A stretch of DNA of 64,000 bases, from assembly GCA_965219705.1 (NCBI GenBank), contig CBDCOK010000001.1:259-64258 (forward strand), read 5' to 3'. The notes beneath the pieces are model-generated. The model had not been told where the DNA came from. It made no database searches and saw nothing but the letters and a program-made list of their open reading frames with translations. The stretch comes from Chloroflexota bacterium (lineage in GTDB: Bacteria > Chloroflexota > UBA11872). Position numbers and translations under genes: made by a program. Positions 1 through 10,281 of the stretch are shown piece by piece. Positions within the stretch are counted from its first letter, which is position 1. Each line of letters begins with the position of its first letter.

Positions 1-504
1 TCGGCGTAGGCCAAGTCGGTGGTGGTTGCGTCATTGTTCGTCATGCCGGTTTCAGCCCTCTATTTGTCGAAGCCCACGAGCCGGGCCACAGCGGTCGACG
101 CGCCAGCCCGCCGCCTCGATCCGCGCGTGCGCCTCACACGCGGCGTGAGACACCGCGACATCGTGTTGCCTATCCGCCATCTTTCGCATGTACCGCACCC
201 GGTTTCTTGGACACCCGGTTACGCTACGCGGCTTGACGCAGCTCGTGTTCCTCGCGCGCTTCGAGCGGCGTGCGGTACGCCAGCTTCTCGAGGCGCCAGC
301 ACCGATTGTACCGTTCGACGAACCCGGCGACGGCGGCGCGCACTTCGGCCAGGTCGGAAGACCCGGTCGGCCAGCAGCTACCTCGCCCCTACACCGCAGC
401 CGGCCACCGCCCGGCCCTCGGCCGCACCTGCAGATCGACCTCAGTTCTGAGCCGCTCGTCCGTGATCGGCCGCTGCTGCCGACGGCGCCGAACGGCTCCA
501 AACC

Positions 505-531
505 CACCCACACCAATTTGAGGAGAGCCAG
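505..531. repeat. Solo ISL3-type terminal inverted-repeat remnant (cccacccacaccaatttgaggagagcc)
   Basis: Matches the ends of the three full ISL3 copies (CCCACCCACACCTGTTTGAGGAGAGCC and CCCACACGAATTTGAGGAGA). No adjacent IS body. Confidence 0.4.
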
Positions 532-1058
532 AAAACTGGGGGTGCCCCGCCAACTCTTTCGCAAGAGCGTAGTCTGTAGGTGTCCAGCTTAAACGTGCCA
601 CATTACTCGTCGTGGTGTGTGGCGACAGCCTTCATCCTCGTTGAGTTAGCTCCGGCACAGCCCGATCCTGAATCGCGCGGACGAGCCCGATCAGGCCGTT
701 ATCGAGAACCTTGCCGGGCGAGGCCACTTCTTCGATGTCCGGGCACTTGGGCTCTTGTCATCGTATCCGTGCATTTTCACTTTTCTGGGGTATCCATGTA
801 ACAGGAGTTGCCCGACGCCGTGCTTGTCCACAGGCGGTTCGCCGGAGGCCGCGCCTACTTCAGCGGGTACCCACGTACCTGCGGCGGCGTTGGCGGGGCT
901 CTCCGAGGTCGACAGTTGGCGATGAGGTCCTGGTAGCGCGCCGCTTGCGTGGGCGACGGCGAGTTCACCCACCCGAAAGCCCCTCGCGCCAGCGGACAAC
1001 GGTTCGTGACCGACCACGTCGAACCGGACTCCGGTTAAGTGGATACCCCAGATTCACT

Positions 1059-1075
1059 TTAATTGTATATACTAT
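1059..1075. promoter_or_regulatory. Palindrome TGTATATACTATACA just upstream of brnT; candidate TA operator
   Basis: Perfect palindrome directly in front of the brnT start. Its role is inferred from position only. Confidence 0.3.
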
Positions 1076-1078
1076 ACA

Positions 1079-1360
1079 GTGGCGTTTATCGAATTTGACC
1101 CAGCGAAGAGTGCCAAGAACCGTCGCGAACGCGGGATCGGATTTGAGCGCTTCGCTGACATGGACCTCGAAACCGCCATCAGTGTCGAGGACGCGCGGAA
1201 GGATTATGGCGAACGGCGTTTACGGGTGCTGGGCCACATTGAGGGCCAGCTTCATGCGGCAGTGATCACGGCGCGGGGCGACGCCGTGCGCGTGATCAGC
1301 TTGCGGCGAGCGAACACGAGAGAGGAACGAGCGTATGCGAAAGAACGCCAGTCGCCCTGA
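1079..1360 (+). CDS. brnT: BrnT-family (DUF497) ribonuclease toxin
   Basis: 93 aa beginning MAFIEFDPAKSAKNRRERGIGFE, ending ...VISLRRANTREERAY. This matches the BrnT consensus (EWDxxKxxxNxxKHGV.F, RiISaRrA.rrE). It overlaps the next ORF. Confidence 0.7.
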   Translation: MAFIEFDPAKSAKNRRERGIGFERFADMDLETAISVEDARKDYGERRLRVLGHIEGQLHAAVITARGDAVRVISLRRANTREERAYAKERQSP

Positions 1361-1535
1361 CGTAGAGAATCCGGAATGGACCGCAGAAGAGATTCGCCAG
1401 GCACGGCCGTTGATAGACGTGTTGCCCAAGGAAACAGCGGAAGCCGTTCGGCGGTATCGAGGTCAGCGCGGTCCTCAGAAGAGCCCTACGAAGGAACTGG
1501 TCAGCCTGCGCGTCGACCGCGACGTCGTGGAATGA
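1335..1535 (+). CDS. brnA: BrnA-like antitoxin, probably C-terminally truncated (TGG to TGA at the usual ...DVLEW position)
   Basis: 66 aa ending ...SLRVDRDVVE, stopping exactly where BrnA homologues continue 'W-F-K..GYQTRIN'. The stop codon TGA is one change from TGG. It overlaps the brnT 3' end as expected for a BrnTA pair. Confidence 0.55.
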   Translation: MRKNASRPDVENPEWTAEEIRQARPLIDVLPKETAEAVRRYRGQRGPQKSPTKELVSLRVDRDVVE

Positions 1536-1639
1536 AACATCCCGCGTCGGGGAAACCATGGTGCCGGCGGGTGCTCAGCACCACTGGACGGCCTCTCGTC
1601 CGGCATCGCCAGCCAGCACGCCAGTCGGGCCGACATTGG

Positions 1640-3219
1640 GGCTCTCCTCAAACAGGTGTGGGTGGGTTGAGGTCGATGGGCGCGACCGGGAGTAGCTACG
1701 GGACGGTCGGTCTGTCAACGCGCTGCGCGCGTTCTCCGCTTCGCTGCGACCCTGTCGGGTGACAGGCCGACCGTCGCTCCGCTGAGGGTGCAGTTATGGG
1801 CCTTGCGGCCCGGGCTGGACGGAAGCGTCCGGGCGGTCGAGAGGTTGTGTCGCCGACAGCGGGCGTCTACGGCGGGATGGGCTGGCCGGCCTCCCGTCGG
1901 CCGACGGAAGTCATTGAAAACGCAGGGGCTTCCTGTTCTCATTGGCGTTGCAATAGGACAACCAATGAGGAGGAGGACAGCCCCATGCGTGTGACCACAC
2001 TACTACGCCGACTGCTGGGAGTCACGCAGTTGTACGTCGAGCAGGTGCGCATCGGGACGACGGGGATGTTGAGCGTGTCGGCGCGGCCGTCGTGGCGTCG
2101 GTCCCGGTGCGGGGCGTGCGGCCGCCGGGCGGTGCGCTACGACCGGCAGCCAGCTCGGTTGTGGCGCCATGTGCCGTGGGGTCGGGTCACGGTGTGGCTG
2201 CGGTATGCCCCGTGGCGGGTATCGTGCGGTCGCTGCGGGGTTCGGGTCGAGCAGGTGTCGTGGGCGGCGCACGGCAGCGCGTTCACGGCGCCGCTCGAGG
2301 AGTTGGCGGCCTATCTGGCGCAGGTGACGGACCGGACGACGGCGAGTCGCCTGGTGGGGATTTCGTGGCCGGCGGTCGGCGGCATCGTCGAGCGGGTGGT
2401 GGCTCGCCGGCTGGACTCGACGCGGCTGGCCGGGCTGCGGCGGATCGGCATTGACGAGTTCAGCTATCGGAAGCGGCACCACTATCTGACGGTGGTGGTC
2501 GACCATGACCGCCGGTGCGTGGTCTGGGCCGGGCCGGGGCGCAGCGCCGAAACGCTGGGGACATTCTTCGACCTGTTGGGAGCGGCCGGCTGTGCCCGGA
2601 TCGAACTGGTGACGGCCGACCTGGCGGCGAGCTACCGCAAGGCGGTGGCGGCGCGGGTGCCGCAGGCGCGGGTGGTCTACGACCGATTTCACGTCGAGCG
2701 GCTGGCCGCCGACGCGGTCGACGAGGTCCGCCGCACGGAGCAACACCGCCTGGGGAAGACGTCGGGCAAGGTGCTCAAGAGGACGCGCTATGCGCTGCTG
2801 AAGCACCCGGCGCGCCTGAAGCCGGGTGAAGCGCGACGCCTGGCACGATTGCGCCGGCAGAACCGGGTCCTGGACCGCGCCTACGAGTTGAAGGAGTACC
2901 TGGCGACGATCCTCGAGCAGGCCAAGCCCGACGAGGCCGACGAACTGCTCGACCAGTGGCTGGACTGGGCGGCGCGGTCACGTCTGGCGCCGTTCGTCAA
3001 GCTGGCGCGGACGGTCCGGAAGCACGCGGCGGGGATCCTCGCCTACCTCGACACGAAGATGACCAACGGGCGGGTCGAGGGGATCAACAACAAGCTGCGG
3101 GTCATCGCGCGGCGCGCCTACGGCTTCCACTCGCACGGACCGCTCATCTCCATGCTGTATCTCTGCTGTGGAGGCATCGAGCTGGCGCCACCGCTACCCA
3201 CACGAATTTGAGGAGATTC
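1640..3219 (+). mobile_element. ISL3-family IS, copy 1 (1580 bp), 8-bp target-site duplication GACATTGG
   Basis: Left inverted repeat GGCTCTCCTCAAACAGGTGTGGGTGGG and right end ...CCCACACGAATTTGAGGAGATTC. Identical 8-mers GACATTGG sit at 1632-1639 and 3220-3227. Confidence 0.85.
1985..3211 (+). CDS. ISL3-family transposase (409 aa from the ATG at 1985)
   Basis: N-terminal zinc-finger-like region (CGACGRRAV...CGRCG) and DDE body with ISL3 hallmarks (IGIDEFSYRKRHHY..., GRVEGINNKLRVIARRAYGF). Identical protein recurs at 6531-7757. Confidence 0.85.
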   Translation: MRVTTLLRRLLGVTQLYVEQVRIGTTGMLSVSARPSWRRSRCGACGRRAVRYDRQPARLWRHVPWGRVTVWLRYAPWRVSCGRCGVRVEQVSWAAHGSAFTAPLEELAAYLAQVTDRTTASRLVGISWPAVGGIVERVVARRLDSTRLAGLRRIGIDEFSYRKRHHYLTVVVDHDRRCVVWAGPGRSAETLGTFFDLLGAAGCARIELVTADLAASYRKAVAARVPQARVVYDRFHVERLAADAVDEVRRTEQHRLGKTSGKVLKRTRYALLKHPARLKPGEARRLARLRRQNRVLDRAYELKEYLATILEQAKPDEADELLDQWLDWAARSRLAPFVKLARTVRKHAAGILAYLDTKMTNGRVEGINNKLRVIARRAYGFHSHGPLISMLYLCCGGIELAPPLPTRI

Positions 3220-3316
3220 GACATTGGCCGGCCGCGCCATTCGCATTCGAGAGCGCCAGGATGGCTCCTTCGACTACACTACTACTCGTGGGGGGTGAGA
3301 GAGAAAGGAACTACAA

Positions 3317-3592
3317 ATGAAAAACATCATCGCGCTGCTGAATGATCAACGGTCTGAATTGCTGGACAGTGTCGCTCGAATCGATGCGGCGATCGCCGCC
3401 CTTGGTGTGAAGGCGCGCCCGTCCGCGCCTTCGAGGCAGCCTGCGAAGCGTACGCGCCGCGAGATGTCAGCCGAGGCAAAGCAAGCGGTCTCGGACCGGA
3501 TGAAGAACTATTGGGCGGAACGCAGGAAGCAGGCTGAGCCTACCAACAGCGGTGACGCGGAGAACACGGACGACACGCCGACTGGGGCGTAG
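3317..3592 (+). CDS. Hypothetical small basic protein (91 aa)
   Basis: Good RBS (gagaaaggaactacaaATG). N-terminal amphipathic helix followed by a K/R-rich tail. No family recognised. Confidence 0.4.
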   Translation: MKNIIALLNDQRSELLDSVARIDAAIAALGVKARPSAPSRQPAKRTRREMSAEAKQAVSDRMKNYWAERRKQAEPTNSGDAENTDDTPTGA

Positions 3593-3825
3593 GCACCTAC
3601 CGCAGTGAGCTATCTGGAGCCCTACCTGTTTCACGCCCGGCATACAGCCTCCTGACGTGATCCGGCAGGTTGACGGATCGGCCGTTATTGGACGCTGGAC
3701 CGTCCACGGGGGTGGCGGGCCCGTCTCCGCCCGACGGCCACAGCGCGCATCCGGGATCGACCGCCAACCGTGACTTCTCACCGCGCGCCGAGCACGCCAA
3801 CGAGCTGGCGCCAGGGCGCGACCGT

Positions 3826-5112
3826 CTAGCTGTTTGACACCGGCGACCACGTCGCCGATGGGCACGAACCCGCTGGAGCTTCGAGCGCGTCCGCGAGCAA
3901 ATAGAGGTCGCGCGGGTGCATGCCGAGCCTTCCAGCGTACCAGACCTTGCACTCGAGGCCGTCGATGACGGTCTCCCCGTCTTCGGGGTGATCCTTGTCG
4001 GCGCGATAGAACAGAAGTGTCTGTCCGCCGTACCTCCACTGCGTTGCGTACCTGGGCGGACGCGTCGCCTTGAATCTGCTGAACACCTCTCGGTCCGCGT
4101 AGTGTTCGTCCCACGCAACATGCTGAGCAACCCGAATCACGACAAGACCGACCGACGCCGGTACCAGTCCCCAGTCTCCGTGCTGGTCGTTCCCGGGATC
4201 TCGTGAACCATAACTGACGTCCGCCCCCAACCGTTTCAGCCGTTCAGCCCCGGAGAAGAAAGCGTAAACGTCGAGCATCGTCTGCACGACGACCGGGAGA
4301 AAGATGGGATACGGCGTGTCCTTCACCAGGTTTCCGCCCTTTAGCGACGACTTCCTGATCATCGTCGTCGGCTCAGCGAAGTACCTCGTGTCCATGTAGA
4401 CGGTGCTGCCGAAACTCTGTCCATACACACGCAGTACGCTCTTCACCGTAGGGCGGTCAGCCCCTAAAGCGTTGATGGGTGCATTCAGAGCGGCGTCAGC
4501 GAATCGCCGGTCTACCTCATCGCGGTGCTCATCCTCCAACTCACCGTAGAGGTCGTGCAGACCATGTCCGGCGATCGGTTTTTCCGAGCGAATCAAGTCT
4601 GCCTTCAACGCGAGCTCGGCGGCGTTCATTAGCAGCAGCAGAGGGGGCATCATCTCGACCATCGACTGTGGCAAGCGACCCTTCGGAACGATGGCTCGAT
4701 ACTGCTTCAGATACTCCGCGGAAAACGCCGCCATGAGATCCGGATCACCATGGCGATCGATGGAAAGACCGCCGCTCAACCTGCCTTCGTGGATCGGGAA
4801 CAGCACGTTGCCCCCTGGAGCGGAGACAGCAGGATAGTTCAGAGACATTCCGGCTCGCCCATCAATGCTCCAGATGTGGCCAGTGCGTCGCTCCGCTGCC
4901 GGTCTATTCTCTGGCGTTCCAGGTAGCTTGACGGGTATGTCGGTAGATACAAACCGCAAGGTGGCCCGGACCTCGCAACCGCAGTTAGCACAGGTCAACG
5001 GATCCACGATCTCGACCAGTGAGCGCAGTTCGGGAAGCGCATGCAGTAGCACACGCCGAGGTCGTGATAGGAGCTCCTGTTCACCACTGCATCTGGGACA
5101 TCGCCCCCTCAT
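3826..5112 (-). CDS. Hypothetical protein with N-terminal CxxC...CxxC zinc-ribbon; start uncertain
   Basis: 428-aa ORF with protein-like composition. N-terminus CPRCSGEQ...CANCGC. No confident family assignment. Confidence 0.35.
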   Translation of the reverse strand: MRGRCPRCSGEQELLSRPRRVLLHALPELRSLVEIVDPLTCANCGCEVRATLRFVSTDIPVKLPGTPENRPAAERRTGHIWSIDGRAGMSLNYPAVSAPGGNVLFPIHEGRLSGGLSIDRHGDPDLMAAFSAEYLKQYRAIVPKGRLPQSMVEMMPPLLLLMNAAELALKADLIRSEKPIAGHGLHDLYGELEDEHRDEVDRRFADAALNAPINALGADRPTVKSVLRVYGQSFGSTVYMDTRYFAEPTTMIRKSSLKGGNLVKDTPYPIFLPVVVQTMLDVYAFFSGAERLKRLGADVSYGSRDPGNDQHGDWGLVPASVGLVVIRVAQHVAWDEHYADREVFSRFKATRPPRYATQWRYGGQTLLFYRADKDHPEDGETVIDGLECKVWYAGRLGMHPRDLYLLADALEAPAGSCPSATWSPVSNS

Positions 5113-5216
5113 CCGTTTCAGTTCCCCCTCGACGCCTGTGCTTGGTTCACGCCCGGCCTTCGTTTGAGCAGCGGCAAGTCATTTTTTCTTGCTCTAAGGA
5201 GGGTGTGCTGAATTAG

Positions 5217-5661
5217 GTGGCCATCTTGTGGGGTTCCGGTCATACTCGCAGCATGAGGCGAGACGTGGAGTTGGAAGCCACCATCGTCGGAAAGTACAGC
5301 GCGGTAGCGCCGGTGTTGGACGAGCGTAGTCGCCGGCGGTGGGCAGCGGCCGAGTCGGCGGCGATTGGCTGCGGCGGCGACGCGCTGGTACACCGGCTCT
5401 TCTGCCACATCACGGCGAACTGGCGTGGCGCCCCGCTGACGACCTACGAGACCATCGTCGACCGCATCGGCGACACACGAACCGAGGCCGGGCTTCAGGT
5501 GCAAGCGGAACTCGACACCGGTCAGTACCCTACCGGCGTGACGGTGACTAAGTCGCAGATGGCCGCCATCGCGCTGGTTCCCGATGAGTTTCACGGCGAC
5601 TGGAACTACAAACTCGTCCCTCGATGAAGTTGGCAAATCTATATCGATCACTGTCCTAAGA
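5217..5661 (+). pseudogene. ISAzo13-family transposase C-terminal fragment plus right terminal inverted repeat
   Basis: C-terminus ...GLQVQAELDTGQYPTGVTVTKSQMAAIALVPDEFHGDWNYKLVPR matches the ISAzo13 C-terminal signature (FHGxWNYT). It is followed by the terminal sequence GGCAAATCTATATCGATCACTGTCCTAAG, which recurs at 48166 and 49125. Confidence 0.5.
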
Positions 5662-5885
5662 TCACGATGTGCTCGATCTCGTCGACGGTGATGGTATCCG
5701 CCGTCCGGTCGTAGAGCTTCGTCGTCTTCGGCGAGGCGTGCCCGGCGATCCGCTGCGCATGCTCGAGCGTTCGTCGTCGAGCGCCTCGCCCGCCCGATGG
5801 TGGGCCGGGACGTCGTGACGCTTGCCGCCCTTCTCGTGGAGCCTGAGCCACCCCCGGCTCTCCTGCTGGAAGTAGTCCGCCGCCT
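5648..5885 (-). pseudogene. Tyrosine recombinase fragment (middle to C-terminus), frameshifted
   Basis: ...LEHAQRIAGHASPKTTKLYDRTADTITVDEIEHIVI and, in another frame, DYFQQESRGWLRLHEKGGKRHDVPAHHRAGEALD. Both match the intact integrase at 41608-42594. Its 3' end abuts the ISAzo13-type inverted repeat. Confidence 0.6.
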
Positions 5886-6184
5886 CATCGCGACGACCGA
5901 CATGACGTTGCGACCCCGGCCGAGCGCCTCGACGACCAGTTCGCGGTAGGGCTCGCAGGTGCTCGCCTGCGGCTGGGCGCACAACCGGGACGGTCTCCGA
6001 CCATGGCGGTGGCGGTTCCCAGGGTCGGTGCCCGCCGCGGGCGCCGCCGCCGCGTCGGCTGGACACCTCCACCGAAATGGTCGGTTTTCAATTCCACTAA
6101 TGGCCCGGATTGGGTGTCCACCGAGGCCTGGAGTGCCAGCCCGACCCGCGCCCAGATCGCGTAGGTCGGCGCGCACCCACAGGA

Positions 6185-6522
6185 TCACTCGGGATCCCTC
6201 CTGCCAGCAAGAATCGCGACCACGTTGACCACTGCCGTTGTAGCCTCAGTGCACAGGGCCGCGTCGCGAAAGGTCGCCGTCCGGCGATGCTGCAACGCAT
6301 TCGAAAAGGCGAGTGCCGACTTAGCGTGTCTACGCGCCTCTTCGTTGGCATGACCTGCTAATTCGACCTCGAGATATGCCTCCAGCATTCGCTTGGCGTC
6401 CGTGTCACCAGGCTGAACGCCATCTGTCGGAGGATGCAGTTCTGGTGTATAGACCTCCTGGGCAAGCGAGATTAGTGTCTCTCGTCCCAGAAGCCCAACC
6501 GTCTGAAACCCTTCTTCGTTGC
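6185..6522 (-). pseudogene. C-terminal half of a gene split by ISL3 copy 2 (N-terminal half at 8103-8462)
   Basis: The ORF translation ...RNEEGFQTVGLLGRETLISLAQEVYTPELHPP... continues the N-terminal piece across the 8-bp duplication (RNEG|...). The first ~16 aa of the predicted ORF are IS-derived (PHEFEE = inverted-repeat sequence). Confidence 0.5.
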
Positions 6523-8102
6523 GAATCTCCTCAAATTCGTGTGGGTAGCGGTGGCGCCAGCTCGATGCCTCCACAGCAGAGATACAGCATGGAGATGAGC
6601 GGTCCGTGCGAGTGGAAGCCGTAGGCGCGCCGCGCGATGACCCGCAGCTTGTTGTTGATCCCCTCGACCCGCCCGTTGGTCATCTTCGTGTCGAGGTAGG
6701 CGAGGATCCCCGCCGCGTGCTTCCGGACCGTCCGCGCCAGCTTGACGAACGGCGCCAGACGTGACCGCGCCGCCCAGTCCAGCCACTGGTCGAGCAGTTC
6801 GTCGGCCTCGTCGGGCTTGGCCTGCTCGAGGATCGTCGCCAGGTACTCCTTCAACTCGTAGGCGCGGTCCAGGACCCGGTTCTGCCGGCGCAATCGTGCC
6901 AGGCGTCGCGCTTCACCCGGCTTCAGGCGCGCCGGGTGCTTCAGCAGCGCATAGCGCGTCCTCTTGAGCACCTTGCCCGACGTCTTCCCCAGGCGGTGTT
7001 GCTCCGTGCGGCGGACCTCGTCGACCGCGTCGGCGGCCAGCCGCTCGACGTGAAATCGGTCGTAGACCACCCGCGCCTGCGGCACCCGCGCCGCCACCGC
7101 CTTGCGGTAGCTCGCCGCCAGGTCGGCCGTCACCAGTTCGATCCGGGCACAGCCGGCCGCTCCCAACAGGTCGAAGAATGTCCCCAGCGTTTCGGCGCTG
7201 CGCCCCGGCCCGGCCCAGACCACGCACCGGCGGTCATGGTCGACCACCACCGTCAGATAGTGGTGCCGCTTCCGATAGCTGAACTCGTCAATGCCGATCC
7301 GCCGCAGCCCGGCCAGCCGCGTCGAGTCCAGCCGGCGAGCCACCACCCGCTCGACGATGCCGCCGACCGCCGGCCACGAAATCCCCACCAGGCGACTCGC
7401 CGTCGTCCGGTCCGTCACCTGCGCCAGATAGGCCGCCAACTCCTCGAGCGGCGCCGTGAACGCGCTGCCGTGCGCCGCCCACGACACCTGCTCGACCCGA
7501 ACCCCGCAGCGACCGCACGATACCCGCCACGGGGCATACCGCAGCCACACCGTGACCCGACCCCACGGCACATGGCGCCACAACCGAGCTGGCTGCCGGT
7601 CGTAGCGCACCGCCCGGCGGCCGCACGCCCCGCACCGGGACCGACGCCACGACGGCCGCGCCGACACGCTCAACATCCCCGTCGTCCCGATGCGCACCTG
7701 CTCGACGTACAACTGCGTGACTCCCAGCAGTCGGCGTAGTAGTGTGGTCACACGCATGGGGCTGTCCTCCTCCTCATTGGTTGTCCTATTGCAACGCCAA
7801 TGAGAACAGGAAGCCCCTGCGTTTTCAATGACTTCCGTCGGCCGACGGGAGGCCGGCCAGCCCATCCCGCCGTAGACGCCCGCTGTCGGCGACACAACCT
7901 CTCGACCGCCCGGACGCTTCCGTCCAGCCCGGGCCGCAAGGCCCATAACTGCACCCTCAGCGGAGCGACGGTCGGCCTGTCACCCGACAGGGTCGCAGCG
8001 AAGCGGAGAACGCGCGCAGCGCGTTGACAGGCCGACCGTCCCGTAGCTACTCCCGGTCGCGCCCATCGACCTCAACCCACCCACACCTGTTTGAGGAGAG
8101 CC
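6523..8102 (-). mobile_element. ISL3-family IS, copy 2 (1580 bp), 8-bp duplication TTCGTTGC; transposase 6531-7757 intact
   Basis: Same transposase as copy 1 (471-aa ORF identical) and the same terminal inverted repeats. TTCGTTGC is found at 6515-6522 and 8103-8110. Confidence 0.85.
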
Positions 8103-8462
8103 TTCGTTGCGAGACGCCGCAAGGCGATTTCGAAGCTCGTCGACCGTCCGGTCTACCCGCGCCCAGCCCGTTGGTTGCGCCTCCTCGGCGTAACCGGCAC
8201 GAATTCGCCCGATAAGCGGATTGACGAGCTCGCTCACAAACGTCCGCCGAGACTGATAGCTGGGAAGATCCCCGGTACTCCACCGACCATACCAATCCCA
8301 GAGATCTCTGTACCTGATGGGGTTGTCGATATCCCGTTCAGCGAGCTCAGTCTCTAGCGCCGCGAACGCCTGCTGGTAACGTTCGTTCACATCGGCTATA
8401 CGTGGACCACCAGTTGCCACCGCGATCATGGTGCCTCGCAACTCCTCCAGCACCCCGATCAA
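8103..8462 (-). pseudogene. N-terminal half of the IS-disrupted gene (see 6185-6522)
   Basis: MIGVLEELRGTMIAVATGG...VDELRNRLAASRNEG, then runs into the ISL3 inverted repeat. Its start abuts ISL3 copy 3. Confidence 0.5.
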
Positions 8463-8466
8463 TTCC

Positions 8467-10047
8467 GAATCTCCTCAAATTCGTGTGGGTAGCGGTGGCG
8501 CCAGCTCGATGCCTCCACAGCAGAGATACAGCATGGAGATGAGCGGTCCGTGCGAGTGGAAGCCGTAGGCGCGCCGCGCGATGACCCGCAGCTTGTTGTT
8601 GATCCCCTCGACCCGCCCGTTGGTCATCTTCGTGTCGAGGTAGGCGAGGATCCCCGCCGCGTGCTTCCGGACCGTCCGCGCCAGCTTGACGAACGGCGCC
8701 AGACGTGACCGCGCCGCCCAGTCCAGCCACTGGTCGAGCAGTTCGTCGGCCTCGTCGGGCTTGGCCTGCTCGAGGATCGTCGCCAGGTACTCCTTCAACT
8801 CGTAGGCGCGGTCCAGGACCCGGTTCTGCCGGCGCAATCGTGCCAGGCGTCGCGCTTCACCCGGCTTCAGGCGCGCCGGGTGCTTCAGCAGCGCATAGCG
8901 CGTCCTCTTGAGCACCTTGCCCGACGTCTTCCCCAGGCGGTGTTGCTCCGTGCGGCGGACCTCGTCGACCGCGTCGGCGGCCAGCCGCTCGACGTGAAAT
9001 CGGTCGTAGACCACCCGCGCCTGCGGCACCCGCGCCGCCACCGCCTTGCGGTAGCTCGCCGCCAGGTCGGCCGTCACCAGTTCGATCCGGGCACAGCCGG
9101 CCGCTCCCAACAGGTCGAAGAATGTCCCCAGCGTTTCGGCGCTGCGCCCCTGGCCCGGCCCAGACCACGCACCGGCGGTCATGGTCGACCACCACCGTCA
9201 GATAGTGGTGCCGCTTCCGATAGCTGAACTCGTCAATGCCGATCCGCCGCAGCCCGGCCAGCCGCGTCGAGTCCAGCCGGCGAGCCACCACCCGCTCGAC
9301 GATGCCGCCGACCGCCGGCCACGAAATCCCCACCAGGCGACTCGCCGTCGTCCGGTCCGTCACCTGCGCCAGATAGGCCGCCAACTCCTCGAGCGGCGCC
9401 GTGAACGCGCTGCCGTGCGCCGCCCACGACACCTGCTCGACCCGAACCCCGCAGCGACCGCACGATACCCGCCACGGGGCATACCGCAGCCACACCGTGA
9501 CCCGACCCCACGGCACATGGCGCCACAACCGAGCTGGCTGCCGGTCGTAGCGCACCGCCCGGCGGCCGCACGCCCCGCACCGGGACCGACGCCACGACGG
9601 CCGCGCCGACACGCTCAACATCCCCGTCGTCCCGATGCGCACCTGCTCGACGTACAACTGCGTGACTCCCAGCAGTCGGCGTAGTAGTGTGGTCACACGC
9701 ATGGGGCTGTCCTCCTCCTCATTGGTTGTCCTATTGCAACGCCAATGAGAACAGGAAGCCCCTGCGTTTTCAATGACTTCCGTCGGCCGACGGGAGGCCG
9801 GCCAGCCCATCCCGCCGTAGACGCCCGCTGTCGGCGACACAACCTCTCGACCGCCCGGACGCTTCCGTCCAGCCCGGGCCGCAAGGCCCATAACTGCACC
9901 CTCAGCGGAGCGACGGTCGGCCTGTCACCCGACAGGGTCGCAGCGAAGCGGAGAACGCGCGCAGCGCGTTGACAGGCCGACCGTCCCGTAGCTACTCCCG
10001 GTCGCGCCCATCGACCTCAACCCACCCACACCTGTTTGAGGAGAGCC
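8467..10047 (-). mobile_element. ISL3-family IS, copy 3 (1581 bp), duplication TCAATTCC; transposase frameshifted (pseudogene, 8475-9702)
   Basis: One extra nucleotide (cgcccc-t-ggcccgg near 9150) splits the transposase into 344-aa and 235-aa ORFs. TCAATTCC is found at 8459-8466 and 10048-10055. Confidence 0.8.
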
Positions 10048-10281
10048 TCAATTCCTCATCGGTCACTGCCACTCCCTCCGCCTTCGCCAGCAGGTCGCTG
10101 TCACGGGTGCCAGCCACGACGAGCGCGTGCGCCGCGACGAGGCAGCCGCGAATCGGTTCGGATCCGGCATTCTCGCTGACATCGTACACGAGTAGCAGCA
10201 TGCGGAAGGTGTGGTGGGTTTCGTCGCCTGGTCCCTCCTCAACTGGACGCAGGCCATGGCGATCCGGTGTGTGAGCCTGGG

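Noticed and set aside
2003-2806. ORFs on both strands inside the ISL3 copies (267-aa minus, 120-aa plus, and their repeats in copies 2 and 3)
   Set aside because: They are internal to the transposase gene on the opposite strand or frame, repeated only because the IS is repeated, and Arg/Pro-rich. Treated as spurious.
1640-10055. Possible CRISPR array or segmental duplication suggested by repeated ~1.6-kb units and recurring 27-bp GGCTCTCCTCAAACAGGTGTGGGTGGG motifs
   Set aside because: The units are full ISL3 elements with transposase genes, and each has its own perfect 8-bp target-site duplication. There is no short regular repeat-spacer periodicity anywhere in the window.
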